Source: Clostridiales bacterium
GTDB taxonomy: Bacteria > Bacillota > Clostridia > Acetivibrionales > RGIG10202
Direction of reading: 5' to 3'
NCBI GenBank assembly: GCA_017961515.1
Contig: JAGCXC010000094.1
Coordinates: 9,222 to 73,221, forward strand
DNA length: 64,000 bases
Shown here: positions 28,444 through 41,160 of the stretch, piece by piece
How the letters are laid out: each line of letters opens with the position of its first letter
Position numbering within the stretch: the first letter of the stretch is position 1
Program-made: the position numbers and the translations under genes
The notes under the pieces: model-generated
What the model was told of the DNA's origin: nothing
Seen by the model: only the letters and a program-made list of their open reading frames with translations
Database searches by the model: none

Positions 28444-29754
28444 TTAATTGTTTTTTTCTATGTACGCCAATATAAGTTTGTCTTCATCCGGTTTCTTATC
28501 CTGATATGTATACGCACCAACAATAACATTTTTCGCAATTTCTACCTCATTATCCTTGTCTGTATAGATAGTAGCTAACACATCTCCTGGCTCTACCCTA
28601 TCCCCAACTTTCTTATTTAACACCATCCCCGCGCTATGATCTATTATACTAAGTTTTGTTTCTCTTCCTGCACCTAATATCATAGACGCTCTACCTACTG
28701 CTCTCGTATCTATGCTTTTTACATATCCTCTCATATTGGCCTTAATTTCCTGGCATATTTTTGCTTTTTTGAACAAGCTATAATCGTCTATAACTCTACT
28801 ATCTCCATTTTGCTTATCTATTAGCTCTCTTAATTTTTTTAATGCTTTTCCACTTTTTACAACATCCAACACTTTATCATAACATTCTTTAAATGTACCT
28901 ACATGTGCTAACTCCAACATCTTCGCCGCAAGTGTATACGATATCTCTTCCAAATCACTTGGCCCCTTGCCTCGAAGAGTCTCTATTGCTTCTATCACTT
29001 CAAGCGAATTACCCACTGCCTTTCCCAATGGTCTATCCATTCTTGTTATATACGCAACCGTATTTCTTCCTACTCTACTTCCTATATTAACCATGGCTCT
29101 CGCTAGTTTTTCTGCACTCTCTTGGTCCTTCATAAATGCTCCATTACCAACTTTTACATCCAAAACTATTTTATCCGCACCTGATGCTATCTTCTTACTC
29201 ATTATACTACTTGCTATTAGTGGGATACTATTTACCGTAGCTGTTAAATCTCTTAGTGAATACAATTTCTTGTCCGCTGGCACCAAATTCCCTGTCTGCC
29301 CCGCTATAGCTATTGATATATCCTTTATATTATTTATGAATGTATCTATACTAAGCCCTGTATTAAAATTAGGTATAGACTCTAACTTATCTATTGTTCC
29401 TCCTGTATGACCTAATCCCTTTCCTGACATTTTGGCCACTGGCACACCTAACGCCGCAACTATAGGCCCAAGTATTAGTGTTGTTTTGTCTCCAACACCA
29501 CCTGTACTATGTTTATCTACCTTTATGCCTTTTATACTAGACAAATCTATCATATCACCCGACTCAGACATAATCTTAGTCAAATTGGCTGTTTCTTCGT
29601 CTGTCATGCCATTTAAAAACATCGCCATAACCAGCGCTGCAGCTTGATCATCAAAAATTTTGTTATCACAGTAATTGTCTACAAAATATTTAATCTCCTC
29701 ATAAGTTAATTCCCCTTTGTCTCTCTTTTTCTCAATAATATCGTACATTTTCAT
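28444..29754 (-). CDS. pdp: Pyrimidine-nucleoside phosphorylase
   Basis: MYDIIEKKRDKGELT N-terminus, DKHSTGGVGDKTTL phosphate-binding motif, and GRAMVNIG-like region. The start MKMYD at 29754 follows GAGGAGG by 8 nt. Confidence 0.93.
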   Translation of the reverse strand: MKMYDIIEKKRDKGELTYEEIKYFVDNYCDNKIFDDQAAALVMAMFLNGMTDEETANLTKIMSESGDMIDLSSIKGIKVDKHSTGGVGDKTTLILGPIVAALGVPVAKMSGKGLGHTGGTIDKLESIPNFNTGLSIDTFINNIKDISIAIAGQTGNLVPADKKLYSLRDLTATVNSIPLIASSIMSKKIASGADKIVLDVKVGNGAFMKDQESAEKLARAMVNIGSRVGRNTVAYITRMDRPLGKAVGNSLEVIEAIETLRGKGPSDLEEISYTLAAKMLELAHVGTFKECYDKVLDVVKSGKALKKLRELIDKQNGDSRVIDDYSLFKKAKICQEIKANMRGYVKSIDTRAVGRASMILGAGRETKLSIIDHSAGMVLNKKVGDRVEPGDVLATIYTDKDNEVEIAKNVIVGAYTYQDKKPDEDKLILAYIEKNN

Positions 29755-29770
29755 ATCTCTTGCCTCCTCC

Positions 29771-30676
29771 TCAAAAAAGTGCATCTACAAACTCCTTGGA
29801 ATTAAACTCTTGTAGGTCATTTACTCCTTCTCCCACGCCTATCAAACAAACTGGCGTTCCTAATTCCTTCGCTATAGCTATGACAATTCCCCCTTTTGCT
29901 GTACCATCTATCTTAGTTAGCACTACTCCATCTATTCCAACTTCTTTTTTAAATGTCTTAGCTTGAGAAATTGCGTTCTGACCCGTTGTCGCGTCTAACA
30001 CCAACAATGTTTTACAATTTGCACTTGACACCTCTTTATCTATTACTCGATATATCTTTTTCAATTCTTCCATCAAATTTTTTTTGGTATGAAGTCGTCC
30101 CGCTGTATCACATATTAGCACATCTGCCTTTGATGTCTCAAAAGATTTTGCCGCGTCAAATACAACTGCTGCTGGATCACTTCCCTCTTTGTGCTTTATT
30201 ATATCAACACCTACTTTTTGGGCCCATAAATCAAGCTGGTCTATTGCTGCCGCCCTAAATGTATCCCCTGCCGCAACCAATACCTTCTTACCTCTCTCTT
30301 TATAGCTATTTGCAATCTTTGCAATAGATGTTGTTTTACCAACCCCGTTTACTCCTACCACAACCAATACCAATGGACTAGTTGATATATCAACTTTAGC
30401 ATCACCTTCATTTAGTATATTCTCTATTATTGACTTTAAGATCCCTTTTACCTCCGTCGCTTCAGTAACACGCCTTTTTTTTACCTCTTCCCTTAACTCG
30501 TCTATTATATACATGGACGTCAACACCCCAACATCCGCTGTTATTAGAACTTCCTCTAATTCCGAAAATAGATCCTCATCTATTTTAGTAAACATACTAA
30601 GTATCCCATCTATTCTCTTGGTTATGTTATTTCTAGTCTTTTCTAACCCCTTTTTTAACTTTTCGAAAAATCCCAT
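29771..30676 (-). CDS. ftsY: Signal recognition particle receptor FtsY
   Basis: SRP GTPase NG domain: GVNGVGKTTSIAK, DTAGR, TKIDGTAKGG. Conserved smc-ftsY order. Confidence 0.96.
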   Translation of the reverse strand: MGFFEKLKKGLEKTRNNITKRIDGILSMFTKIDEDLFSELEEVLITADVGVLTSMYIIDELREEVKKRRVTEATEVKGILKSIIENILNEGDAKVDISTSPLVLVVVGVNGVGKTTSIAKIANSYKERGKKVLVAAGDTFRAAAIDQLDLWAQKVGVDIIKHKEGSDPAAVVFDAAKSFETSKADVLICDTAGRLHTKKNLMEELKKIYRVIDKEVSSANCKTLLVLDATTGQNAISQAKTFKKEVGIDGVVLTKIDGTAKGGIVIAIAKELGTPVCLIGVGEGVNDLQEFNSKEFVDALF

Positions 30677-30677
30677 C

Positions 30678-33600
30678 TCACTCTACCCTTTCTAATATTT
30701 CTTCTTCACAAACTTCATCTAGTCTTAATGACACAACTTTAGACACTCCCTGTTCTTGCATTGTCACACCATATATACTATCAGCTGCCTCCATGGTTCC
30801 TTTTCTATGAGTAATCAATATAAATTGGCTTAAGTCAATATGCCTTTTTATATAATCCGCAAACTTGTATACATTTGCATCATCCAAAGCTGCCTCTATC
30901 TCATCTAGTATACAAAACGGCGCGGGCCTTAATTTTATTATTGCAAATAATAATGCTATTGCTGTAAATGCCCTCTCTCCTCCAGACAACAACATCATAT
31001 TTTGTAGCTTCTTCCCAGGTGGCTGCACTTGTATCTGTATCCCACTCTCTAAAACATTGCTCTCATCATCTAATATAAGCTTAGCCCTTCCACCTTCGAA
31101 TAGCTCACTAAACACTACATTAAAATTCTCATTTATCAATTCAAACTGTGTTACAAACTGCTCTTTCATTACATTGGTTATGTCTAGGATAGCTTTCTTT
31201 AAATTTTGTTCCGACTTCTCCATATCATTTTTTTGCTCCATCAAAAAGTCATAATTCTCTCGTACTTTGTCATACTCCTCTATAGCACCCATATTGACAT
31301 CACCCAATGCCTTTATATCAGCCCGAATATCATTTATTTCTTTTTGTGTAACCTTCTTTTGCACATCTTTATTTAAATTAACGGCATTGTTATAGGTTAG
31401 CTCATACTCTTCCCACAATTTATCTTTAAGATACTTTATCTCGCTATCAATTCTTTCTTTCTTGTTCTCTACTCTACTAAATTCTTCTTTTAATGCAATT
31501 ATATTTTTATTTATCTTGCGTATATCTCCAAATACCTTTTCTACTTCTTGCTCTATTTGCTTTTTATCCTTCTCTAGATTTACCATACTCTCATATATGC
31601 TATCTTTATTCTTACTCTCGCAAATTAAATCAGCTTTAAGCCTTGATATATCCTCATCAATTGCTAATATCTCTTTCTTAAACTCATCACTTTGCTCGTT
31701 TTTCTTAATAACACTATCTTCTAGCTCTTTTCTATGGTTTGCTTCCTTATTTTGAAGCTCTGTTATACTTCGCGCAAGTTCAATCACTTTATTTAGCTCT
31801 ATATTTATCTGCATAATACTTCCTTGCACACTTTCTCTCTCTCTCAATTTTCTCTTATGCTTTTCTTTGTTTTTTACTACCATAACCTGTATATCATCTA
31901 TCTCTTTTTCAACTTCTGCAAGCCTTTTTTTATCACTTTCGTACTTATCCTTCGCTTCTTTTTCTTCTTTTAGCAATTCATTTAATTGATTGCTACTGTT
32001 TTCTAAATCCTCCATTGCCCTTTCGTGATCATCCTTTAGCCTCTCTCTTGTGCCAACTTCCTTCAACATTGCCATTTCATATTCCTTCTGCTTTTGTTGA
32101 TCAAATGTAAGCTCCTTTTGATTATTCTCCCGATCTATCTTCATTTCTTCTAATTCTTCATCTTTTTCTTTAAGTAATATCTTCTTTGAATCTATAGCCT
32201 CTTTAAGTTCTTTTATCTGACGTCCCCTAGCTATCATCCCAGCATCTCTTCCGCTAATACTTCCTCCTGTTATAGATCCACCTATGTTTAAAAACTCTCC
32301 TTTTAAAGTAACTATCTTAAACTTATGATTAAACTTACGCGCCATATCTATCCCTTGTTGCAAATCATCCACTAAAACAATCTTGCCCAAAAAGCTAAGA
32401 ATAATACCCTCGTATTTTTTATCATAGGATATAACCTCATGTGCAAATCCAACAAATCCATCACTTAATTTTATCTTATCAGCTTGATCTTTATCAAAAG
32501 CTTTTCCTTTAACGCTGGATATAGGAAGAAACGTTGCTCTACCTATATTGTTCTTTTTAAGGTAATCTATAACCCGTTTGGCTTCATCCTCTGTATCCGT
32601 CACTATATATTGCAACGCGCTACCTAATGCAACTTCAATAGCAACTTCTGCCATTTTAGGGACAGAAATTAAACCAAGTAACGCTCCGTGAATTCCTCTG
32701 TCAAAGCTCTTGTCTGTACCGCAAAGCTTTAATATAAGCTTAACACTCTTAGTATACCCCTCAAAATTATCCTCTAGATCTTTCAAAATCTTATACTTTG
32801 ATATATCACTATTTAGCGCAACTGTTAAATCATTTAACTTTTTTGTTGTATCTTCTATTTTCCCTGATATGTCCTTTATACACTTTTCTTTAGATTTAAC
32901 AACTTCACTTGTCTTTATCAAAATATCTTGAAAATTTTGTATATTGCGCTCTAACTCATCCATATGTTTTTTATGTACTAAAGCATCACTTTCACATCTG
33001 TTCTTTTTATCAACAAGCTCAATCTTTTTAATCTCTATCCCCTCTAAAAGGCTAGTTCCACTGTTAACAACATTTATCATAACAGTTTTCTCATTTAGTT
33101 TTTCTAAATAACTGTCATTTAAATTTTCCATTTCTTTTTGCTTATCAGTTAAATTATCTATAATGCCATTTAATTTCTTCTCTTCTTGACCAAGCTTTAA
33201 GTTATACTCCTCTTGCTCTTTTTCTATTTTTTTCAGTTTGTCACTATAATTACTCTCTTCTCTTTTTGCATGTGAAATCCCAGCATCAAGCTTACCCATT
33301 TCATCCTTTAAACGAAATAAATTTAAGTTTATGCTCCTCTTTCGCTCCTCGTCCATTTGTATCTTATGTGCAATTCCTCCTATTGTCCCTTCATTCTTGT
33401 AATATTCGTTTTTTGTATCCTCTAACTTTTTTAACATGCACTGAAGATTTTCATTCTTTTCGCTATATAAATCCTCCATCTTCTTTAGGGCCATCTCTTC
33501 TTCTTGCACCATCGATAAGGACTTTTGATACTCCTCTCCAATCGACTTTTGGCCCTCGCATGTTTTTCCTATTTTATCTATATACAGTAATACTTCCAAT

Positions 33601-34271
33601 TCTTTTAACCTTTGCTTTAACTCTCTATATTTTTGAGCTACATGCGCTTGTTTCTCTAACGGATTTAGTTGTTCTTGTAACATACTTACTGTATCATTTA
33701 TTCTTTCCATGTTCCTACTTGTCTGTTCAAGCTTTCTTAACGCTTCATTTTTCCTAGACTTGTACTTTACTATACCAGACGCTTCTTCAAATATAGCTCT
33801 TCTATCCTCAGACTTAGTACTTAAAATTTCATCTACCCTTCCTTGTCCAATTATAGAGTAACCATCTTTACCTATGCCTGTATCCATGAAAAGTTCATGG
33901 ATATCTTTTAACCTACATGTTGTATTGTTAATGAAATATTCACTTTCACCTGATCTATATAATTTTCTAGTCACTGTCACTTCATCATAGTCTATAGGCA
34001 AACTACCATCCACATTGTCTAGCACAAGACTAACTTTTGCAAAGCCCATAGATTTTCTGTATTGCGTACCTGCAAAGATAACATCCTCCATTTTGCCACC
34101 TCTTAAATTCTTTGCACTTTGTTCCCCCAGTACCCATCTAACACAATCTGAGATGTTACTTTTGCCACTACCATTAGGGCCAACGACACACGTAACCCCT
34201 AAATCAAATTCCATATTAATTTTCTCTGCAAATGATTTAAATCCGTAAACTTCAATCTTTTTTAAGTGCAT
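30678..34271 (-). CDS. smc: Chromosome partition protein Smc
   Basis: 1197 aa. Walker A GPNGSGKSN, long coiled coils, a hinge, the signature LSGGE, and Walker B FCILDEIEAALD. Confidence 0.97.
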   Translation of the reverse strand: MHLKKIEVYGFKSFAEKINMEFDLGVTCVVGPNGSGKSNISDCVRWVLGEQSAKNLRGGKMEDVIFAGTQYRKSMGFAKVSLVLDNVDGSLPIDYDEVTVTRKLYRSGESEYFINNTTCRLKDIHELFMDTGIGKDGYSIIGQGRVDEILSTKSEDRRAIFEEASGIVKYKSRKNEALRKLEQTSRNMERINDTVSMLQEQLNPLEKQAHVAQKYRELKQRLKELEVLLYIDKIGKTCEGQKSIGEEYQKSLSMVQEEEMALKKMEDLYSEKNENLQCMLKKLEDTKNEYYKNEGTIGGIAHKIQMDEERKRSINLNLFRLKDEMGKLDAGISHAKREESNYSDKLKKIEKEQEEYNLKLGQEEKKLNGIIDNLTDKQKEMENLNDSYLEKLNEKTVMINVVNSGTSLLEGIEIKKIELVDKKNRCESDALVHKKHMDELERNIQNFQDILIKTSEVVKSKEKCIKDISGKIEDTTKKLNDLTVALNSDISKYKILKDLEDNFEGYTKSVKLILKLCGTDKSFDRGIHGALLGLISVPKMAEVAIEVALGSALQYIVTDTEDEAKRVIDYLKKNNIGRATFLPISSVKGKAFDKDQADKIKLSDGFVGFAHEVISYDKKYEGIILSFLGKIVLVDDLQQGIDMARKFNHKFKIVTLKGEFLNIGGSITGGSISGRDAGMIARGRQIKELKEAIDSKKILLKEKDEELEEMKIDRENNQKELTFDQQKQKEYEMAMLKEVGTRERLKDDHERAMEDLENSSNQLNELLKEEKEAKDKYESDKKRLAEVEKEIDDIQVMVVKNKEKHKRKLRERESVQGSIMQINIELNKVIELARSITELQNKEANHRKELEDSVIKKNEQSDEFKKEILAIDEDISRLKADLICESKNKDSIYESMVNLEKDKKQIEQEVEKVFGDIRKINKNIIALKEEFSRVENKKERIDSEIKYLKDKLWEEYELTYNNAVNLNKDVQKKVTQKEINDIRADIKALGDVNMGAIEEYDKVRENYDFLMEQKNDMEKSEQNLKKAILDITNVMKEQFVTQFELINENFNVVFSELFEGGRAKLILDDESNVLESGIQIQVQPPGKKLQNMMLLSGGERAFTAIALLFAIIKLRPAPFCILDEIEAALDDANVYKFADYIKRHIDLSQFILITHRKGTMEAADSIYGVTMQEQGVSKVVSLRLDEVCEEEILERVE

Positions 34272-34418
34272 CGAATACCCCTCTTTCTTTGTGTCAACAA
34301 CTCAATTGTAACATACTTTTGTAAAAAAACAACCTTATTTTTAAATTATTTTAACAAAAGCCTCTCTCCTTTACGTTTGTCTCATGACCTATTTAATAAT
34401 CCAATGGTCTTGTTTTAA

Positions 34419-35507
<1,089 letters not shown>

Positions 35508-35525
35508 TTATAAAGGAGTTTTATT

Positions 35526-36740
35526 ATGAGTAAACCTATGAGTATAAAAATTTTAGTTTTAAATTCGGGAAGTTCTTCCCTTAAATATCAACTTATTGAT
35601 ATGACCAATGAAGAAGTCATAGCAAAAGGGTTGTGCGAAAGAATCGGTATAAAAGATTCTGTTTTAACGTACGACAACAGACGTGAAAAGATTGTCATCA
35701 ATAAAGATATGAAAAATCACGAAGTTGCAATACAAATGGTGCTAGACATGCTAATGGATAAAGATAAGGGTGTTATCCGAAACATAAATGAGATAGGTGC
35801 TGTAGGACATAGAGTTGTGCACGGCGGAGAGAAATTTAGTAAATCAGTTGTAATAGATAATAACGTCCTTTCCGCAATAAATGATTGTATTGATCTTGCA
35901 CCATTACATAATCCTGCAAATATAACTGGTATTCGTGCATGTAAGGCACTTATGCCAAACACACCAATGGTAGCCGTGTTTGATACTGCTTTCCATCAGA
36001 CAATGGATAAGAGTACATATCTTTATGCAATACCTTATGAGCTTTACGAGAAGTACTCTATAAGAAAATACGGTTTCCACGGAACTTCACATAAATACGT
36101 TGCATCAAGAGCTAGTGCTATGCTTGGCAAAGATATAAAAGACCTTAGGATAATAACTTGCCACTTGGGTAATGGTGCTAGCGTATGTGCTGTTAAAAAT
36201 GGTAAATCTATTGATACATCAATGGGCTTTACTCCTCTTGCGGGGCTTGTGATGGGAACTCGTTGTGGTGACATCGATGCTGCTATAATTAAGTTCTTAA
36301 TGGAAAAAGAAAACTTTTCTATTGATGAAATTGATACGCTAATCAACAAAAAATCTGGTATCTTTGGTGTATCAGGAGTAAGCAGCGATTTCCGTGATGT
36401 CGAAAAGAAAGCTTCTCAACATGACGAACGCTCAAATGTTGCGTTAGATATGTTTGCACTAAGCGTAAGAAAATTCATCGGGCAATACATCGTAGAAATG
36501 GGCGGCGTGGATGCACTTGTGTTTACTGCCGGTTGTGGTGAAAATGATGCAGCTATGCGTAAGCTTATCACACGCGATCTTTCTTTCCTTGGTATTAGCA
36601 TAGATGACGACAAGAATAACGTACGCGGACAAGAAATTGATATAAGCTCGAGCACTGCCAAGGTTCATACATTGGTTATACCTACCAATGAAGAGTTGGC
36701 TATCGCAAGAGAAACTGAGACTCTTGTATTAAAAAGATAA
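35526..36740 (+). CDS. ackA: Acetate kinase
   Basis: [22 protein letters not shown] and GFHGTSH motifs. Confidence 0.96.
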   Translation: MSKPMSIKILVLNSGSSSLKYQLIDMTNEEVIAKGLCERIGIKDSVLTYDNRREKIVINKDMKNHEVAIQMVLDMLMDKDKGVIRNINEIGAVGHRVVHGGEKFSKSVVIDNNVLSAINDCIDLAPLHNPANITGIRACKALMPNTPMVAVFDTAFHQTMDKSTYLYAIPYELYEKYSIRKYGFHGTSHKYVASRASAMLGKDIKDLRIITCHLGNGASVCAVKNGKSIDTSMGFTPLAGLVMGTRCGDIDAAIIKFLMEKENFSIDEIDTLINKKSGIFGVSGVSSDFRDVEKKASQHDERSNVALDMFALSVRKFIGQYIVEMGGVDALVFTAGCGENDAAMRKLITRDLSFLGISIDDDKNNVRGQEIDISSSTAKVHTLVIPTNEELAIARETETLVLKR

Positions 36741-36790
36741 CATGTTTAGGAAATTACACTTTCGTTACAAAGAGTGATTATGCTAGATAT

Positions 36791-36835
36791 AAAAAAAATA
36801 TAGGTGCTATGCTTTATGTATAGCACCTTTTTAGC
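36791..36835. terminator. Bidirectional rho-independent terminator between ackA and addA
   Basis: 9-bp perfect stem: AGGTGCTAT (36802-36810) pairs with ATAGCACCT (36820-36828). It is flanked by an A-run upstream and a T-run downstream. Confidence 0.85.
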
Positions 36836-36842
36836 TATTTTC

Positions 36843-39800
36843 CTAATACTTAATAACACTATCATTTGAGAATAAATAAATATACTGGTATCGCACTTCT
36901 TTTCCCGTCAACTTCTCTAGCACTTCTTTATATTTCATTATTTGCGTTTTATATCTTTCTTTTATTCGACAAATATCACTCTTATCTCTAACGAAATCAG
37001 TTTTGTAGTCTAACAGCACCAAATAACCCTCTTCCTCAAAATAACAATCTATAACCCCTTGTAGGACTACATACTCATCTTCAGAATCGCTTACATCAAA
37101 AACTTCACTACAAGGTATTTTTAAGAAGAATGGTTCCTCCCTATTTATTTTATTTGACGCTTTTATTCTTTGGCCAAGTTTAGACTCTATAAACCTTTTT
37201 ATTTTCCTAGTATCTACACTTGATGCTTCATCTTTAGTTAACAATCCCCTAGTAACCATACTTTCGATTTGTCCATTTATGTCTTGGTTACAAAAATTTA
37301 TGTGCTGCATTACAAAGTGTAGAGCCGTACCTATACTAGTCGCCTCTAGTTTATTTTGCTGTTCTAAAAATTTAGGCTTATTTACCACAACCTCATCATC
37401 CGAAGCAAAATTTTTCTTAAGTTGTGTAACCGACACCTTAGCCGGGATTGATTCTAACCCCTTATATTGATATTCCCAATTTAAACTTTGCAATATATCT
37501 GGGGGAATAAATGTAATTTCATCCGACACTTCTATATCATACAACGCTTGCTCAAATAATTCATTATCTTGCTGCACCTTCTTTACTTCATCTTTAATAT
37601 CACTCTTATTCACCAAAAATACTCTAAAGCAAGATTCATCATCTACACAATTTGTGGGAAACTCAAAACCTACGGGCACATCTTCAAAAAAATCACTACT
37701 GTTTTTATGCTTTAGTACAACCGGGCACATCCAATCCAAAAATGTTCTACCCCTATACACATCATAAGATGATATCTTATCCCTATATGCATTCGCAACA
37801 TCTCTCCATTTATTAAGCTTCTTATCTAAGTCTCTTACACTACCTGTTATTATCAATTTCTCTCTTGCTCTAGTTACTGCGACATATAAGATACGCATCT
37901 CCTCTGACAAAGTTTCTTGCTTTATCTTTTCTCCTATAGCTATTTTCAAAGCCGATGCCCACGATATTCTCCTTTTTATATCGACTACATCTGGGCCAAA
38001 ACCTAGCTTAGAGTGAAATATAACATTTTTAGTTGTGTCCATTAGATTAACTTTTTTGCCACACCCTGATAAAAACACTATCGGAAACTCTAGCCCTTTA
38101 CTTTTGTGTATACTCATTATTCTAACAACATTATCATTTTCGCCCAATATTTTGGCGCTACCAAAATCACTACTACTGTTTCTTAGTTTGTCTATAAAAT
38201 TTATAAAATTAAATAGCCCCTTATAGCTAGTCTCCTCAAATTGCCTTGCCTTCTCAAATAACATTCTCAAATTCGCCTGCTTTTGCTCACCCATTGGCAT
38301 CGCACCTACCATTACGTAATAGCCTGTTTTATCATATAAATTCCAAATAAGCTCATCTATCGACATGTACCACGCTTGCTCTTTTAATTCATTATACAAA
38401 TGCATAAAATACTCAAGCTTTTGTTTTATAAGCTTTGACTCATCATCATGCTCCATTGAAAGAAACTTTTCTATTGCATCAAACATCAAAACTTCCTTAT
38501 CAACTACACGTATCTGTGCTAGTTCATTCGCATTTAGCCCCACAATAGGTGATCTTAAAACCGCAAGCAAAGGTATATCCTGAAGAGGATTATCTATTAT
38601 TTGCAAAAATGATGTTACAACCATTATCTCTATTGTCTTAAAAAATCCCGTATTGATATCAGCAAATGCACTGATACCTACTTCATGCAACTCTCGTACA
38701 AAAATATCTGCCCAATTTTTTGTCGTCCTAAGTAATATTACAATATCCTTATATTCTATTGGTCTATAGCAACCCAGATTTTTATCATATACCATATTTT
38801 TATCTTTTTGCTCTATAAGATCTAATATTCTTTTGGCCACAACCCGAGCCTCACACTGTATAGCGTTTAAACTTTCTTCTTCATCCTCTTCTTCATCATT
38901 AACATAATCCTCTATGTTTATTAGATGTAGCTCAGCTTCATCTCCTATTGCACCATCATTATGAGGAAAACTTGCTGCAAAATTTAATGCCTCATCTTCC
39001 GTATAATCAAGATCTCCAACATAACTTGACATAACTTGTTCAAATATAAAATTAGCTATGTCTATAATACCTCTTCTACTGCGGAAATTTTTAAACAACT
39101 GTATTTTTCGATACTCGCTATTCTCATCCTTCGAATAATTATTGTACTTGTCCAAAAAAAGTGACGGATTCGCTTGTCTAAATCTATATATACTCTGCTT
39201 TACATCCCCTACCATAAAAACATTCGGATATCCAAGATCCTCTCTTGATATCATCGATATTATCTTTTCTTGAATATCATTACTATCTTGATATTCATCT
39301 ACTAAAATCTCCTCAAACTTATCCTTGTACATTTTTGCCACACCAGATGCTTCCACACTACCGTCTTGGTTAATAGTTGTTAATATTTGAAGGCAATAGT
39401 GCTCTAAATCTCCAAAATCTACTATATTCTTCTTTTTCTTTTTTTGTTCATACAAATCCGTAAATTTTTCAACTAACTCTACCAAACACTCTACGTTAGG
39501 ACAAACTCTACCAATATCTTCACCTATATCTTTCGACATACTTGTAATTTTCTTTTCTCTAATTTTTTTTACTATGTCTTTAACATCATCTCTTAACTCT
39601 TTTACTTTATCTTTTTTGTCCTCATCTACTTCAAGAGATTTATTAATGGCTGGTAATCGCTTAAACTCTAAATCATTTAGCAAATTGTACAACTTGTCCC
39701 ACCTTAATTTATCATCTTTGTTTCTTACCACGTCTATTATGCTAGATATTTTTACATAATCTTCATTGAATATGGGATAATACTTATCCTTTAGTGTTTT

Positions 39801-40514
39801 ATCCGTCGCCATTACATCCATAGCCGCCACGATATTTGCACATGCACAATTTAAATTTTGATATATATTATCCAAAATAATTTGTCCCCATGGTGTACAA
39901 GAAAAATCATCATTTGACGCTTTTTTTATGTTGTCGATCATATCATGTAACCACCTTGTAGGCCATGGATCACTTTGTATGAAATGATACAAGTCCAAAA
40001 CCATATCCTGTATAACCTTGTCATCCTTGTTACCACCGTAACTATCTAACAAGTTTAATAGCCTTAGGTTTTGTGACTCATACTCTTCTTCAAATAAATC
40101 ATTTAGAACCTCGTTTTTTAAAAGAATCGTCTCCGTTTCATCTGCTATCCTAAATGAAGGATCTAAATCTATGGCACAAAGATTATTCCGTATCACTTCT
40201 AGACAAAAAGAATGCATGGTTGTTATACTTGCTTTATCCAACAATGTCATCTGCCTTAATATATTCTTGCCACTTTCACATCCATCCAATTTCTTATTCA
40301 TTCCAAGATATATCCGCTCTCTCATTTCCGATGCTGCCGAATTGGTGAAAGTAACAATTAAAAGCCTATCTATATCAACATTTTTTTCAGTAACTTTTTG
40401 TATTATTCTTTCAACCAATACCGCAGTTTTGCCAGATCCAGCAGCTGCAGCAACCAGTATATTACAGCCATCAACACTTATCGCTTGCAACTGTTCTTTT
40501 GTCCATTCCCTCAT
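36843..40514 (-). CDS. addA: ATP-dependent helicase/nuclease subunit A (AddA/RexA)
   Basis: UvrD-type helicase N-terminus (ILVAAAAGSGKTAVLVERI) and a C-terminal RecB-family nuclease motif (GVIDCYFEEEGYLVLLDYKTD); 1223 aa. Confidence 0.93.
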   Translation of the reverse strand: MREWTKEQLQAISVDGCNILVAAAAGSGKTAVLVERIIQKVTEKNVDIDRLLIVTFTNSAASEMRERIYLGMNKKLDGCESGKNILRQMTLLDKASITTMHSFCLEVIRNNLCAIDLDPSFRIADETETILLKNEVLNDLFEEEYESQNLRLLNLLDSYGGNKDDKVIQDMVLDLYHFIQSDPWPTRWLHDMIDNIKKASNDDFSCTPWGQIILDNIYQNLNCACANIVAAMDVMATDKTLKDKYYPIFNEDYVKISSIIDVVRNKDDKLRWDKLYNLLNDLEFKRLPAINKSLEVDEDKKDKVKELRDDVKDIVKKIREKKITSMSKDIGEDIGRVCPNVECLVELVEKFTDLYEQKKKKKNIVDFGDLEHYCLQILTTINQDGSVEASGVAKMYKDKFEEILVDEYQDSNDIQEKIISMISREDLGYPNVFMVGDVKQSIYRFRQANPSLFLDKYNNYSKDENSEYRKIQLFKNFRSRRGIIDIANFIFEQVMSSYVGDLDYTEDEALNFAASFPHNDGAIGDEAELHLINIEDYVNDEEEDEEESLNAIQCEARVVAKRILDLIEQKDKNMVYDKNLGCYRPIEYKDIVILLRTTKNWADIFVRELHEVGISAFADINTGFFKTIEIMVVTSFLQIIDNPLQDIPLLAVLRSPIVGLNANELAQIRVVDKEVLMFDAIEKFLSMEHDDESKLIKQKLEYFMHLYNELKEQAWYMSIDELIWNLYDKTGYYVMVGAMPMGEQKQANLRMLFEKARQFEETSYKGLFNFINFIDKLRNSSSDFGSAKILGENDNVVRIMSIHKSKGLEFPIVFLSGCGKKVNLMDTTKNVIFHSKLGFGPDVVDIKRRISWASALKIAIGEKIKQETLSEEMRILYVAVTRAREKLIITGSVRDLDKKLNKWRDVANAYRDKISSYDVYRGRTFLDWMCPVVLKHKNSSDFFEDVPVGFEFPTNCVDDESCFRVFLVNKSDIKDEVKKVQQDNELFEQALYDIEVSDEITFIPPDILQSLNWEYQYKGLESIPAKVSVTQLKKNFASDDEVVVNKPKFLEQQNKLEATSIGTALHFVMQHINFCNQDINGQIESMVTRGLLTKDEASSVDTRKIKRFIESKLGQRIKASNKINREEPFFLKIPCSEVFDVSDSEDEYVVLQGVIDCYFEEEGYLVLLDYKTDFVRDKSDICRIKERYKTQIMKYKEVLEKLTGKEVRYQYIYLFSNDSVIKY

Positions 40515-40542
40515 TACGCTATCACCTTTTGCAATATAATTT

Positions 40543-41094
40543 TTATTTTAACACCTCAAACTGGCTAAACGGATAAAACCTTAATACTGCCCTTCCTTCT
40601 ACCTTCTTTAAATTTATAGGTCCAAATGTTCTACTGTCCAAACTTTCATTTGGCAATCTATTATCTCCCAATACATAAACATATCCCTCTGGTACAACTA
40701 TATTTTGATACGCTAAATCTATGGGATATGTGTTTATCCCATTTATATACGGTTCGTCAATTTTTTCTCCATTTATATATACTCCACCATTCTTTATTTC
40801 AACTAAATCCCCAGCTATGCCCACGACACGCTTTATTATAGGGCTTCTCTCATTTTCCAAATCCCGAGGCTTATTTATTATAATAATATTTCCTCTTTTT
40901 ATCCCTGTCACCTTATATACAAACTTCTCCATAATTAGCCTATTCCCATTGTGTAAATATCTTTCCATAGAATTTCCATTAACAATAGTTATCTGAAAAA
41001 CGTACCTTACTACAAATAAACCTAGCACAAAGGCTATTACTATGTGTACAATCCAATCAAACCAATAAGCTACCTTTTCTCTCATACCCTTCAA
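40543..41094 (-). CDS. lepB: Signal peptidase I
   Basis: N-terminal TM anchor, catalytic Ser box (NGNSMER), Lys box (IKRVVGIAGD) and GDNRLPNESLDSR. Confidence 0.92.
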   Translation of the reverse strand: MKGMREKVAYWFDWIVHIVIAFVLGLFVVRYVFQITIVNGNSMERYLHNGNRLIMEKFVYKVTGIKRGNIIIINKPRDLENERSPIIKRVVGIAGDLVEIKNGGVYINGEKIDEPYINGINTYPIDLAYQNIVVPEGYVYVLGDNRLPNESLDSRTFGPINLKKVEGRAVLRFYPFSQFEVLK

Positions 41095-41160
41095 TTTTAA
41101 GACCCCCTTAACAGATTCTACCTCTTTATTTTAGAAAAAATTTGTCATTTTGTAAACCCC

